Virus record (IMG/VR): IMGVR_UViG_3300014720_000003 | Coordinates: 64,001 to 128,000 of that record | DNA: 64,000 bases | Source of the DNA: a virus | Strand: one strand, 5' to 3' | In this document: positions 48,813 through 58,111 of the stretch, one piece after another | Layout of the letters: each line of letters starts with the position of its first letter | How positions within the stretch are numbered: position 1 is the stretch's first letter | Notes under the pieces: generated by a model | Databases searched by the model: none | Seen by the model: the letters and a program-made list of their open reading frames with translations, nothing else | Told to the model about the DNA's origin: nothing | Made by a program: the position numbers and the translations under genes

Positions 48813-49348
48813 TATACTTGAATGCTAAGGAAATTATCTAATCCCATTTGTTCAATTAGTTTTAGATAAGACTCATATAATACAATTCCGTCTTCACTCC
48901 CTTGAAGTAGTGGTATCATTATATTTGCTGTCATTTCATCTCCAACTGCTCTCGCAGCAACAATTGTTTCTCTTTCAGCAGCAGAGGCTTCTCTGACAGA
49001 ATTAAGATTATATTGAATCAGAGCAACCATATCGTGTCTTGTCCAACTTGGGGCAGAGATGGTTAGGGGTTGATAATCCACATCGAAAAATTCTAGTCTT
49101 TTTACATTTTCCATAGCGTGTTGATGTTCTTGTTCAGCATCGGCTTTGATTATATCTGCTAATTTTTTGTAACCCCATCTTTCTAGATGAATAGCCTGGG
49201 CAGTTAATACGGTTGTTTGTTGCCAATGAATATTTAATGATTTCTTTAGGCATTCAATAACAGTATTACTAGAATAACCATCAATATTTTGGGCTTTACT
49301 TTGCATTTTAACCTCTGATTGCTTTAATAAATCATTAATAGTTGTCAT
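48812..49348 (-). CDS. bacterioferritin-like protein with altered metal centre
   Basis: WGYKKLA, EHQHA..R, GD, LIEQMGLDNFL C-terminus. Confidence 0.8.
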   Translation of the reverse strand: MTTINDLLKQSEVKMQSKAQNIDGYSSNTVIECLKKSLNIHWQQTTVLTAQAIHLERWGYKKLADIIKADAEQEHQHAMENVKRLEFFDVDYQPLTISAPSWTRHDMVALIQYNLNSVREASAAERETIVAARAVGDEMTANIMIPLLQGSEDGIVLYESYLKLIEQMGLDNFLSIQV

Positions 49349-49362
49349 GATCTCTCCTTATA

Positions 49363-50031
49363 TTACCATGCTTTGCAAGACCAGTATCTTGCTTTCCATT
49401 TTGGACCAGGATTAGCACAATTATGTCTTGCCCTAAATGAACGTCTTCTTTCTGGAATATTTTTTTTGATTTTCATATTCGGATCACCAAAATTTACTTT
49501 AACAATATTTCCTTTTTCATTTTTTACATAAACGCTAAATTTCTTAGGGCCGTCTGGAGTTCTAAATGGTTTGTTCAGGGTTACTTTTCTACCCTGATAT
49601 TCAGAGGCCCTACCTTGATAAACTAAATATCTTTCATTTTTCTTATAATTACCTAGTCTGTCAAAATAGAACAATTCAAAAGTTTTTGGATCCATGTAAG
49701 TGAATTTGGCATCGCTATCTAGATCTGATAAATCTATTATCTCTACTTCTTCTTCGGTATCTATGTACTGATTGCTTTCTGGAATAATAATATTTGATGC
49801 AGTTACCTCTTCAACAGAGCCACAATCGTCACAATCTTCGAAAGCAATAGAAAAACCTAAAATATCTAACACATGATCCAGTAAAGAATTTTTAGACTTA
49901 CGGGTTTGTCCAATACAGATTGCAACTCTTTGCTTTGAATCTGGATATTCTTTTTTCATAGTTTCGTTTCCCATGCAACGAGAAACAAATTTTTTCTTAT
50001 CTTCATTTTTTTCTGGATTAGGAATTGGCAT
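49363..50031 (-). CDS. modular phage protein
   Basis: F.SRCM...YPD.KQR.AIC; GRKVTLNKP..KKF.VYV..VNFGDP..RR.SFRARHNC..YWSC. Confidence 0.6.
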   Translation of the reverse strand: MPIPNPEKNEDKKKFVSRCMGNETMKKEYPDSKQRVAICIGQTRKSKNSLLDHVLDILGFSIAFEDCDDCGSVEEVTASNIIIPESNQYIDTEEEVEIIDLSDLDSDAKFTYMDPKTFELFYFDRLGNYKKNERYLVYQGRASEYQGRKVTLNKPFRTPDGPKKFSVYVKNEKGNIVKVNFGDPNMKIKKNIPERRRSFRARHNCANPGPKWKARYWSCKAW

Positions 50032-51154
50032 GATAGCTATTATTTAGTAATAAGGTTTCGTTAATAATATTAGCAGTATTAGTCCAGCTATATTTCTGTG
50101 CTGTAGCTAATCCTCCTGGATTTGATCTGATGTTATTCTGATACACATATTTCATATAATGCACAGTTTGTTCTAGTTGATCGTCTCCCAATTTGGCCCA
50201 ATTACCTTGACCAAAAAACCATTTTCCATCATTAGCTGGTTCTGTTTCATCAACAGAAATTAAAAAAGCATTATTATCATTACAATATTCTGTATGAGCA
50301 GAATAGAAGGTCGTGATGATTGGTTTATCTAAAGCCATACTTTCCAGAATTTCATTGTTCCAGCCCTCTGCTCTAGATAGGAAAACACCACAATCGCACC
50401 TATATATAAATTCAGCCAAATGATATTGTGTGGGTAGTTTACTATATACTTTAATTTTATCTTTTAGTTTAGATTGTTCTACCAAATTTAGCCACTGATT
50501 AGTTTCTTCATCGTTCAAAAATGGGTTGTGAGGCAATAACCATAATTCTACATCGTCCTGTTCATTAAACGATAAATCAAAAGCCTTTATTAGGAGATCG
50601 TGACCTTTTCTTAGTTCCCATTTACCAATATGAAAAAATATATACTTATTATTATTGAATCTAATTTTTGGTGGACTATTAAAGATTGTCAAATCAACCG
50701 CTAAAGGAGACACATAAATCGGAGTGTTTATACCGTTGTTCTCTAGTATTGTTTTACCCCATGTCGATGCTGTAAAAATAAAATCAGGATATTTTAAATG
50801 ATGTTTTTCTCTATCTGTAAAAGTATCCAGTTCGAAAAATGGAAACGCATAATAATGCCCCTTACCTATTCTGGAAGCAAGATCATGTTGGTGCCATATT
50901 TTTAAACACGGGGCATCATAATCGAATTCGCTACTATTTTTCAGATAATTTTGTACAATAGACTTATCTGTTTCTGAATTAACTTCGACATTTGTTCCTA
51001 TGGGGAATAATGCTATATTATTATTGAGATTCTTCATAATGTTTAGTGAAGTAATCCCATACCCAGTACTATTAATTGGACAATTTAAATTAAGATTTTT
51101 CATATATTTTATTGTGAGTGTTGTTAACTTGAATGAATGTTGTTTTTTTACCAA
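50018..51154 (-). CDS. GT-B (GT4-like) glycosyltransferase (start probably MKNLN)
   Basis: TGYG, GKWELRKG, SRAEGWNNEILESMA. Confidence 0.85.
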   Translation of the reverse strand: MVKKQHSFKLTTLTIKYMKNLNLNCPINSTGYGITSLNIMKNLNNNIALFPIGTNVEVNSETDKSIVQNYLKNSSEFDYDAPCLKIWHQHDLASRIGKGHYYAFPFFELDTFTDREKHHLKYPDFIFTASTWGKTILENNGINTPIYVSPLAVDLTIFNSPPKIRFNNNKYIFFHIGKWELRKGHDLLIKAFDLSFNEQDDVELWLLPHNPFLNDEETNQWLNLVEQSKLKDKIKVYSKLPTQYHLAEFIYRCDCGVFLSRAEGWNNEILESMALDKPIITTFYSAHTEYCNDNNAFLISVDETEPANDGKWFFGQGNWAKLGDDQLEQTVHYMKYVYQNNIRSNPGGLATAQKYSWTNTANIINETLLLNNSYHANS

Positions 51155-52193
51155 AGTCTTTAATTTTATTTGCTCCTATGTATGTACAAGCGCTACGAAT
51201 GCCACCATAAATATCTTGTATAATTTCTGATACTAATCCTTTGTATGGTACAATAACAGATTTACCTTCTGCTGTTCTATAATTTGCAACTCCATCATGG
51301 TGTTTATCCATAGCGTCTTTACTACTCATTCCATAGTATTTTAAGGATATCTTTCGCTTTATATTATTATCTTGAGGATCTATTGGTTGCCAAGTTCCTA
51401 GACTAGTTTTATATTCATAAAACCATTCTCCTTCACATTCGTCGCATCCTGCAAACATACTTCCTAACATTACAAAATCACTATTCGCTCCAAACGCTTT
51501 ACAAACATCTCCAACGGTTTTGCATCCTCCATCGCTGCAAATGTGTCCACCAAGACCATGAGCAGCGTCCGTACATTCCATCACAGCGCTCAGTTGAGGA
51601 TATCCCACGCCCGTTTTTAAACGAGTGGTGCATACGCTACCTGACCCTATACCAACCTTGACTATATCGGCCTTGCCGTGAATAATAAGTTCTTCCACCA
51701 TTTCAGGCGTTACCACATTTCCTGCCATTATAATAATTTCTGGAAATAGTTTGCGAATATGTGCGGCTGTTTTCACAAATTGTTCGGTATATCCATTTGC
51801 AACATCCAAACACACATTGGGAATATAGCCTCTGCTAAGTTCTACGGTTTTAAAAACACGCTCTAGTTTTTCTATATCTTTTTTGGATGTGCCTGTTGAA
51901 TACCAAATATAATCAGTTCGTTTAAGAAATAAATTAACTAATACGTCTTCATCATAGTGTTTGTGTAAGCACGTTATCGCTTTATGAACCAATAATGATT
52001 GCGCCATATTAATGGTTCCAACAGTATCCATGTTGGCCGCAATGATTGGAACACAACTTAATTCTCGGGGACTATGAACAAATCTGAATGAACGATGTAA
52101 ATCAACTTCTGATCGACTCTTTAATACTGAGCGCTTTGGTCGAATCAAAACATCATCAAAATCTAACTTAATTTCATTAATTATTTTTTGCAT
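51090..52193 (-). CDS. guaC: GMP reductase
   Basis: LDFDDVLIRPKRS, IIAANMDTVG, LDVANGY, KVGIGSGSVCTTR, CSDGGC, YRTAEGK. Confidence 0.95.
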   Translation of the reverse strand: MQKIINEIKLDFDDVLIRPKRSVLKSRSEVDLHRSFRFVHSPRELSCVPIIAANMDTVGTINMAQSLLVHKAITCLHKHYDEDVLVNLFLKRTDYIWYSTGTSKKDIEKLERVFKTVELSRGYIPNVCLDVANGYTEQFVKTAAHIRKLFPEIIIMAGNVVTPEMVEELIIHGKADIVKVGIGSGSVCTTRLKTGVGYPQLSAVMECTDAAHGLGGHICSDGGCKTVGDVCKAFGANSDFVMLGSMFAGCDECEGEWFYEYKTSLGTWQPIDPQDNNIKRKISLKYYGMSSKDAMDKHHDGVANYRTAEGKSVIVPYKGLVSEIIQDIYGGIRSACTYIGANKIKDFGKKTTFIQVNNTHNKIYEKS

Positions 52194-52716
52194 TGAAGAA
52201 ATACCATCTATTGTGAGAATTTATTTCTGACCATGAATTAATATGTATTACATACTCTTTGACTTGATCCCACGAAGAAAATATCATTTCATGAGGAATA
52301 GTTCCAAATAGCCAATCTGGAGCGTGTTGCTTACCCTGCACCATATGTATGATAATAGGTTTTTTCTGTCTATTTGCCCAAAAAATTTCTTCGTATGTGC
52401 CACACGGATGAATATCTAGATCTAAATTAACTATTAAAAAATCACTAATATCTACGAGTCTTAAGTCTACGGATCGTATAACTTTCATTAACTGGGACAG
52501 TTCATCATAGTTTTTTTCTAGTTTGAGTTTGATCTTGTGTTTATGGGTTTGTTCATCTTCTTGACCAACAATAGTAGGTTTTTTAATAGGATTGAAAACA
52601 ATGACTCCTAAATCTTGTAAGAATGGAGTAATATCATCTCTCCATCCACTCCCCCTATCATGAACACGATCCATAGCGCCAGCTAAATAGACTCTTTGAT
52701 TTTTTAAACGATTCAT
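52177..52716 (-). CDS. nucleoside 2-deoxyribosyltransferase-like / nucleotide N-hydrolase
   Basis: VYLAGAM, WR, VFNP, DL..VD.SD, GTYEE. Confidence 0.75.
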   Translation of the reverse strand: MNRLKNQRVYLAGAMDRVHDRGSGWRDDITPFLQDLGVIVFNPIKKPTIVGQEDEQTHKHKIKLKLEKNYDELSQLMKVIRSVDLRLVDISDFLIVNLDLDIHPCGTYEEIFWANRQKKPIIIHMVQGKQHAPDWLFGTIPHEMIFSSWDQVKEYVIHINSWSEINSHNRWYFFNAKNN

Positions 52717-52719
52717 ATT

Positions 52720-52788
52720 TTACTTGTTAATCTGTGCCAAACCATTAAAGATACCAACTATTATAGCTAAAGCAACTAGAATTGTCAT
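52720..52788 (-). CDS. 22-aa hydrophobic micropeptide not in track
   Basis: MTILVALAIIVGIFNGLAQINK; ATGA overlap, fills gap. Confidence 0.45.
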   Translation of the reverse strand: MTILVALAIIVGIFNGLAQINK

Positions 52789-53663
52789 GCGACACTCTCT
52801 ATGTGTTCTGATGAAAGTAACATAGTTTGAGAGGGATTTAGAAAAAGATTAAAATTGTTATCTTTAGAAAATATATCGTGATGAAACATCACATGCTCAC
52901 AATCATGTCCACTATAATTACCCATTAAAAAAAAATTAGTTTTATAGATCGCCATGCCTCCAAATCCACTATTTATTCTAATAGGATCGGAACCGACCGG
53001 CAAGATATGTATTCCAAACCACATCATTGGGTCATATCTGATATCTGCGCCGTTATGTGTTTGTAGGTTATTCCACCAAGTTCCCCTATAAGCCCAAGAG
53101 TCATAATTCCATAATGATTTATGTTCTTTAGAAAATATATGTTTGTATTCAAAACTATTGCCACATATTGCTCCTATAGTTGGTATTGATGCTAACCAGC
53201 CAAAAGAATTATAGATACCATTAAGACTAATACTTTCAAAATCAGTATCTGTTACAATTACATAATCATAATTAGCATACTGTTCTTGAATATACTGTTT
53301 TAGTTTATTTCTATATTCAGATAATGCTTTTGTCCTCTCTGTAGATTGTACTTGACCAAACTGAGGTCTGTTATATTGTTCAGAAATGAGGGAGATATTA
53401 GGATTGTTTTTGATTCTATTTTCAATAGTAGTTTTAGTATGATCTGTGGAATCATTTTCGAATAATACTATTTTGTAGTTTTTGGCATTTGAACCAATAT
53501 TTACAAATGTATTAAGAGTATTATCGATAATATTAGCTGTATTTCTAGTTAAACCAACTATACAAATATTTTGTGTTTGTAGGTATTTTATGCCTCTTTT
53601 AATATAAAAGTGGTATTTACTGACAAACTCCCTGGTTGGGCGCAACAATTCTTCTATGTTCAT
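52785..53663 (-). CDS. GT-A glycosyltransferase (CAP59/Anp1-like)
   Basis: LFENDSTD.T, LSEYRN, IVTDTD, YDSWAYR, SGFGGMAIY, CEHV.FH. Confidence 0.75.
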   Translation of the reverse strand: MNIEELLRPTREFVSKYHFYIKRGIKYLQTQNICIVGLTRNTANIIDNTLNTFVNIGSNAKNYKIVLFENDSTDHTKTTIENRIKNNPNISLISEQYNRPQFGQVQSTERTKALSEYRNKLKQYIQEQYANYDYVIVTDTDFESISLNGIYNSFGWLASIPTIGAICGNSFEYKHIFSKEHKSLWNYDSWAYRGTWWNNLQTHNGADIRYDPMMWFGIHILPVGSDPIRINSGFGGMAIYKTNFFLMGNYSGHDCEHVMFHHDIFSKDNNFNLFLNPSQTMLLSSEHIESVA

Positions 53664-53690
53664 AGAATAATCATTTCTATGTCAAAAAGA

Positions 53691-54689
53691 TTATTTGTTA
53701 ACATTTATTTGTTCTTCTATCCAATGATATGTTTTTGTTAAACCATCAATTAAACTCAATGATGGTTTCCATCCTAATTTTTCTCCTATTAGATTATTAT
53801 CAGAATTTCTTCCATTTACCCCAACAGGTCCATCAATATTATTGATTAAGATATTTTTACCAGATATTGTAATAATCATTTTGGCAAAATCATTGATACT
53901 CACCATTTCTTCTGAACCAATATTAACTGGTCCAGTGAAGTTTGATCTCATTAATCTTATTGTTCCTTCCACACATTCATCAATATATAGAAAAGATCTA
54001 GTTTGTGTGCCACTACCCCATACCTCAATACTAGAATTATCTTGTGCTAGAATAACTTTTCTACAAAGTGCCGCCGGTGCTTTTTCTCTGCCTCCATCAT
54101 AAGTTCCTTCTGGTCCAAAAATATTATGATATCTTGCAATTCTAATTGTTAAATTATAGTTTCTAGCAAATGCCATAAACATTCTCTCGCTTAGTAGTTT
54201 TTCCCAGCCATACTCACTATCTGGTGCGGCAGGGTAGGCGCTATCTTCATTACATTTTGGATTATCTGGATCCTCTTGATTATATGCCGGGTATATACAA
54301 GCACTACTACTATAAAATAATCTTTTAACAGATTTCTTAACTGCTTCGTGCGCAACATTAAGATTGATTAGTGCGGAGTTGTGCATCACATTAGCATCGT
54401 TATCTCCTGTAAAAATATATCCTGCTCCACCCATATCAGCAGCTAATTGATATACTTCATCAAAACCATTATCTTTATTTTGTTCTGTGACTTGATTTGG
54501 AGCAAGCATAATACTAGCCACAACACTTGGATCTCTTAAATCTCCTAACACCATATCATCCGCTACAGAAGGCGAAAAATCTGGAAGTTTAATATCAACA
54601 GCCCTTACCCAAAAACCTTCATTTTTTAATCTTCTAACTAAATGAGATCCGATAAATCCACCACCACCCATAACTAATGCTGTTTTCAT
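53691..54689 (-). CDS. NAD-dependent epimerase, GDP-mannose 3,5-epimerase-like
   Basis: GGGGFIG, YQLAADMGGAGYI, SSSACIYP, YGWEK, GGREKAPAA.CRK, GVNGRNSDN. Confidence 0.9.
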   Translation of the reverse strand: MKTALVMGGGGFIGSHLVRRLKNEGFWVRAVDIKLPDFSPSVADDMVLGDLRDPSVVASIMLAPNQVTEQNKDNGFDEVYQLAADMGGAGYIFTGDNDANVMHNSALINLNVAHEAVKKSVKRLFYSSSACIYPAYNQEDPDNPKCNEDSAYPAAPDSEYGWEKLLSERMFMAFARNYNLTIRIARYHNIFGPEGTYDGGREKAPAALCRKVILAQDNSSIEVWGSGTQTRSFLYIDECVEGTIRLMRSNFTGPVNIGSEEMVSINDFAKMIITISGKNILINNIDGPVGVNGRNSDNNLIGEKLGWKPSLSLIDGLTKTYHWIEEQINVNK

Positions 54690-54710
54690 TTTTAATTATC
54701 TTTCTATTTT

Positions 54711-56315
54711 TTAGTGCCATGCTTCGCCATAAATAGGTAGATCAGCATGATAGGCGATTGATCCTCTATCCATAAAAACTTTACCACCATTCGCTCTCAG
54801 AGCAGCACAAACTGTAAAATGATCAGTAAAACATGGATGATCTTCATACTGAACTTTATCTTCATTAACTTTATGGTTTGTAACACCCGCTATATTAAAA
54901 GTGTCTATGAGTTCATTTTTCATATCTCCATACGATAATGAAAAAACTTTTGATGGTACAACATATGTGCATCCGACACAATCAATTTCTACTAACCTTG
55001 AATTATCATCAACATATGGGGGCGTTAAATTGAAGTTTCGTTCTTGAACAGAGAGGTTCTTTATATATTTCCCATAGGGTCCATATAAGGATGTATTCCC
55101 CTTCTTTTGAAATCCACACCAATCATAAAACACTATTGAATTTTGTATCAATGCTACTGGTGCTGTTATACCTTCAGGATTTAGTCCTATGGCTCTTGTT
55201 AAGAAATTATGGGGATAGTCTATCATATCACTATCTATAATGTAGAGATAGTCATAATTAGATATTGGATATTTTTCTATCATCATATTGCGTATTCGTT
55301 TTACTCTTGACCAAGGTGTATAATCCGTTGGTTCTTTACCTACTCTATCATTATCTAGAGCAAAATCTATATTTAAATTACGATTAACTTCTTTAAGTTT
55401 TTCACAATGATAGAGCATAGTATTTAAGAAATAGGGGTTTTGAGTTTCTAGATATGCTATCATCACTAATACTGATGGTTTTTTATTAAACTTACTGAAT
55501 GTTTTTGCTATTTTCTGTTCTTCTTCATTTTTATCAATGGACGTTAGATCTGATAAATAGTTAATAAATTTTTGAGACTCGTTTTCTTTTACATAATTAT
55601 AAGCAATATCTTTTTCTTGAACGCTTAATAAACGTCCAACAATTCTGATACTAAAGTACGAAATAAAAAAATCTTGTACACTATCAATCAATTCCTTGAA
55701 AGTTTTTAATTTAGGATTTAGAGACTCTACAAATGTTTTTGTTCCGCAGGTATTAACTTGTTTATTAAATAATGTTTTCCATATGTTGGATATAGTCATA
55801 TAGATAATATAGTATTGTAAATTTTTGATATTTTTGATAGATTCATTAAATTTATCTGTATTGAAACAATATTCTAGATGAGGAAATATTGTAAATGGTA
55901 AATTATTTGTACCTATATGAATAAGAGATTTTTTAACTGTATTTATTCTAGCTATTAGCTGATCTTTAGTATAAGAATCATTATCAATTTTAATTATTAA
56001 TTCTATTAAATTTGTTAGTAATTCTTTGTATGGAGAATTATCAATTATAGATAAATCATCTGATTTTATATAGGCTACTCTATCACCAGTCAAGGAATTG
56101 AAGTTCTCAGCATTAATTATTTTTAGGTATTCTTCTGATGATAAAAGTTGATTCTCTATATATATATGCCCATTAGGACGGTCTAGTTCCTTTATATATG
56201 TTGCTATTCCAGACGGATCAGCATCTCTTTTGAGAATTTTATTATATATGACATTTAATTGAGATAATTTCTTAAGGCGATTTGCTAATTCTATTTGCTG
56301 TGTAGTTGTAGACAT
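54711..56315 (-). CDS. multi-domain protein: DUF4214-like N-terminus + GT-A (Anp1-like) domain
   Basis: Y..IL.R.ADP.G...Y...SEEY; RVKRIRN, IIDSD, EIDCVG, TDH..VC. Confidence 0.6.
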   Translation of the reverse strand: MSTTTQQIELANRLKKLSQLNVIYNKILKRDADPSGIATYIKELDRPNGHIYIENQLLSSEEYLKIINAENFNSLTGDRVAYIKSDDLSIIDNSPYKELLTNLIELIIKIDNDSYTKDQLIARINTVKKSLIHIGTNNLPFTIFPHLEYCFNTDKFNESIKNIKNLQYYIIYMTISNIWKTLFNKQVNTCGTKTFVESLNPKLKTFKELIDSVQDFFISYFSIRIVGRLLSVQEKDIAYNYVKENESQKFINYLSDLTSIDKNEEEQKIAKTFSKFNKKPSVLVMIAYLETQNPYFLNTMLYHCEKLKEVNRNLNIDFALDNDRVGKEPTDYTPWSRVKRIRNMMIEKYPISNYDYLYIIDSDMIDYPHNFLTRAIGLNPEGITAPVALIQNSIVFYDWCGFQKKGNTSLYGPYGKYIKNLSVQERNFNLTPPYVDDNSRLVEIDCVGCTYVVPSKVFSLSYGDMKNELIDTFNIAGVTNHKVNEDKVQYEDHPCFTDHFTVCAALRANGGKVFMDRGSIAYHADLPIYGEAWH

Positions 56316-56319
56316 TGAA

Positions 56320-56556
56320 TTACCATTTATTAATAGGACATTTTTGATCGGACCACGCTAATTTATTGAGAAATTGTTTTTTTTGATTAATATTACATCC
56401 GCACATATTACATAACTGATTTATAGTATCATATTTTTCACACCTTATACATATATCATATCTTCTATATATCTCTTTTTGTGTGCTTTTTGGCAGTCCT
56501 CTCGATATATGCCAAAATAAAGATTTAAGAAAAGTTTGAAACCTAATAAATATCAT
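56320..56556 (-). CDS. small Cys-rich protein
   Basis: R..IC..C...C..CGC...K......CP..KW. Confidence 0.65.
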   Translation of the reverse strand: MIFIRFQTFLKSLFWHISRGLPKSTQKEIYRRYDICIRCEKYDTINQLCNMCGCNINQKKQFLNKLAWSDQKCPINKW

Positions 56557-56777
56557 GTTTTTGGAGTTACTTTTATAGGTATGACATTGTTATCTTTATC
56601 TAAATAATAGATTGGATTAATATCTATAACAACATTAGGTTTTAACCAGAATGGGTTTCCGTTATCCAATCTATAAGATAATCTATCTCCACTCTTCTTA
56701 AAATCTGTTGTTAAGATAAATAATTTATTTTCAAATACAAAACAATCACCGGGACTAATTTCCTCCAAATATTTCAT
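56553..56777 (-). CDS. hypothetical protein
   Basis: Coupled ORF. Confidence 0.55.
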   Translation of the reverse strand: MKYLEEISPGDCFVFENKLFILTTDFKKSGDRLSYRLDNGNPFWLKPNVVIDINPIYYLDKDNNVIPIKVTPKT

Positions 56778-56965
56778 TAGTATTTCCCATAATAATCAAT
56801 ATCATCTAGAATCTCATCCTCGATAATCTCTCTCATTTTATTCTTGAATGCTTTTTTAGCTTTATTGGCAAACTTTTGATCATCACTTATATGATCTTTA
56901 TTCTTCTGTTTATTACCAATAGGTTTACGAGATTTTCTTTTATCTCTATCAAAATCATCGGCCAT
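56777..56965 (-). CDS. small charged protein
   Basis: ORF downstream of a promoter. Confidence 0.55.
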   Translation of the reverse strand: MADDFDRDKRKSRKPIGNKQKNKDHISDDQKFANKAKKAFKNKMREIIEDEILDDIDYYGKY

Positions 56966-56989
56966 TTATACCATATCTCCGTTTTCTTT

Positions 56990-57018
56990 AATATAGGTGT
57001 GAAGACAGTTTCGGTCAA
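56990..57018 (-). promoter_or_regulatory. sigma70-type promoter
   Basis: TTGACC-17nt-TATATT, intergenic, then GGAG. Confidence 0.6.
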
Positions 57019-57021
57019 GTT

Positions 57022-57780
57022 TTATCGTTTTTTATTTTTTCGGATCCAGTCAATAAATCTAGATACTCTAGTATGACCAGACTCATCGCCGTATCCAGAG
57101 TTTGTATTTTTATCAGCGGCCATAACACAAGAATTTATTCCAACTAATTCATTGCCCCAATACATTGGACCACCACTATCTCCACTTGCTATGAGAAATT
57201 CTAGCGATGTTCTATTTGGATTATCATATCTAGAAGGAGAACATATTAACATATCTTTAAACACACCATCAATAACATTAGATCCTGCTCTTTTTTTACC
57301 ATCACAAGTTCTTTCGCTCCCAGTAAAAGTTCCAGTAAATCCGTATCCCGCTATTGAAACTGTTTGACCCACCTCATCATCTCCTTCATAAAGTTTTGGA
57401 TAAAAATCCAATCTAAATGGTTTTTCTGAATAACCCAATGCTATATCTGCTATTCCAAAACTATCTTCATTATAGTTCTCGTGAATAATAATTTCAGAAA
57501 TACAGTATTTTTTACCATTTACCGTGAAGATACAATTACTAGCATTTGTCGCAACGTGAGCAGCGGTCAGAATATGGTGATCATCTATGGCAACAGCGGA
57601 TGCTCCAAAAAATTTGAAAGTATCATCTCCGTAATTACCAGACAGTGTACCAGTATGAACAAATTGATTGCCATACTCTATATATTTTGAATCTGGTACG
57701 TTGGGGTCAATTGTTCCAGCAATACCGAATGGGATGATTGTGATAAATAATATTAACAGTATATATTTGAGTTTATACAT
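57022..57780 (-). CDS. trypsin-like (S1) serine protease with signal peptide
   Basis: LTAAH, DIAL, GDSGGP. Confidence 0.92.
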   Translation of the reverse strand: MYKLKYILLILFITIIPFGIAGTIDPNVPDSKYIEYGNQFVHTGTLSGNYGDDTFKFFGASAVAIDDHHILTAAHVATNASNCIFTVNGKKYCISEIIIHENYNEDSFGIADIALGYSEKPFRLDFYPKLYEGDDEVGQTVSIAGYGFTGTFTGSERTCDGKKRAGSNVIDGVFKDMLICSPSRYDNPNRTSLEFLIASGDSGGPMYWGNELVGINSCVMAADKNTNSGYGDESGHTRVSRFIDWIRKNKKR

Positions 57781-57790
57781 CTTATCACCT

Positions 57791-58105
57791 TTAAGAAAAG
57801 CTAGGTTTATTTTTAACCTTATTTAAATACACTTTACAATCTTTTACTACGTCTTTATTCCAACTTTTATAATCCATTAAGTGGCCAAATAAGAAATGAC
57901 AAGGATCATCACACAAAGTAATAAGATTAGTTGGGTCTAATTCCCTATCTGGATTACAATGAACCGGCTCTATATGGTGAACCTCTAATTTTTTATTTCT
58001 TCCACAAGCCGCACAAGTTGGCTGACTATTGAGATGCTCTTTCCTAACGCTGCTCCATTTTGGAGAACGATACGCGAATCTTAGAAATTTTTTAAATCCA
58101 AACAT
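57791..58105 (-). CDS. small HNH endonuclease
   Basis: CAACG...EVHHI.P...NLITLC..CH. Confidence 0.85.
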   Translation of the reverse strand: MFGFKKFLRFAYRSPKWSSVRKEHLNSQPTCAACGRNKKLEVHHIEPVHCNPDRELDPTNLITLCDDPCHFLFGHLMDYKSWNKDVVKDCKVYLNKVKNKPSFS

Positions 58106-58111
58106 TGTTTT

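Noticed and set aside
53664-53690. TTGACA in the gap upstream of the 292-aa glycosyltransferase
   Set aside because: No convincing -10 box at 16-18 nt before the start codon.
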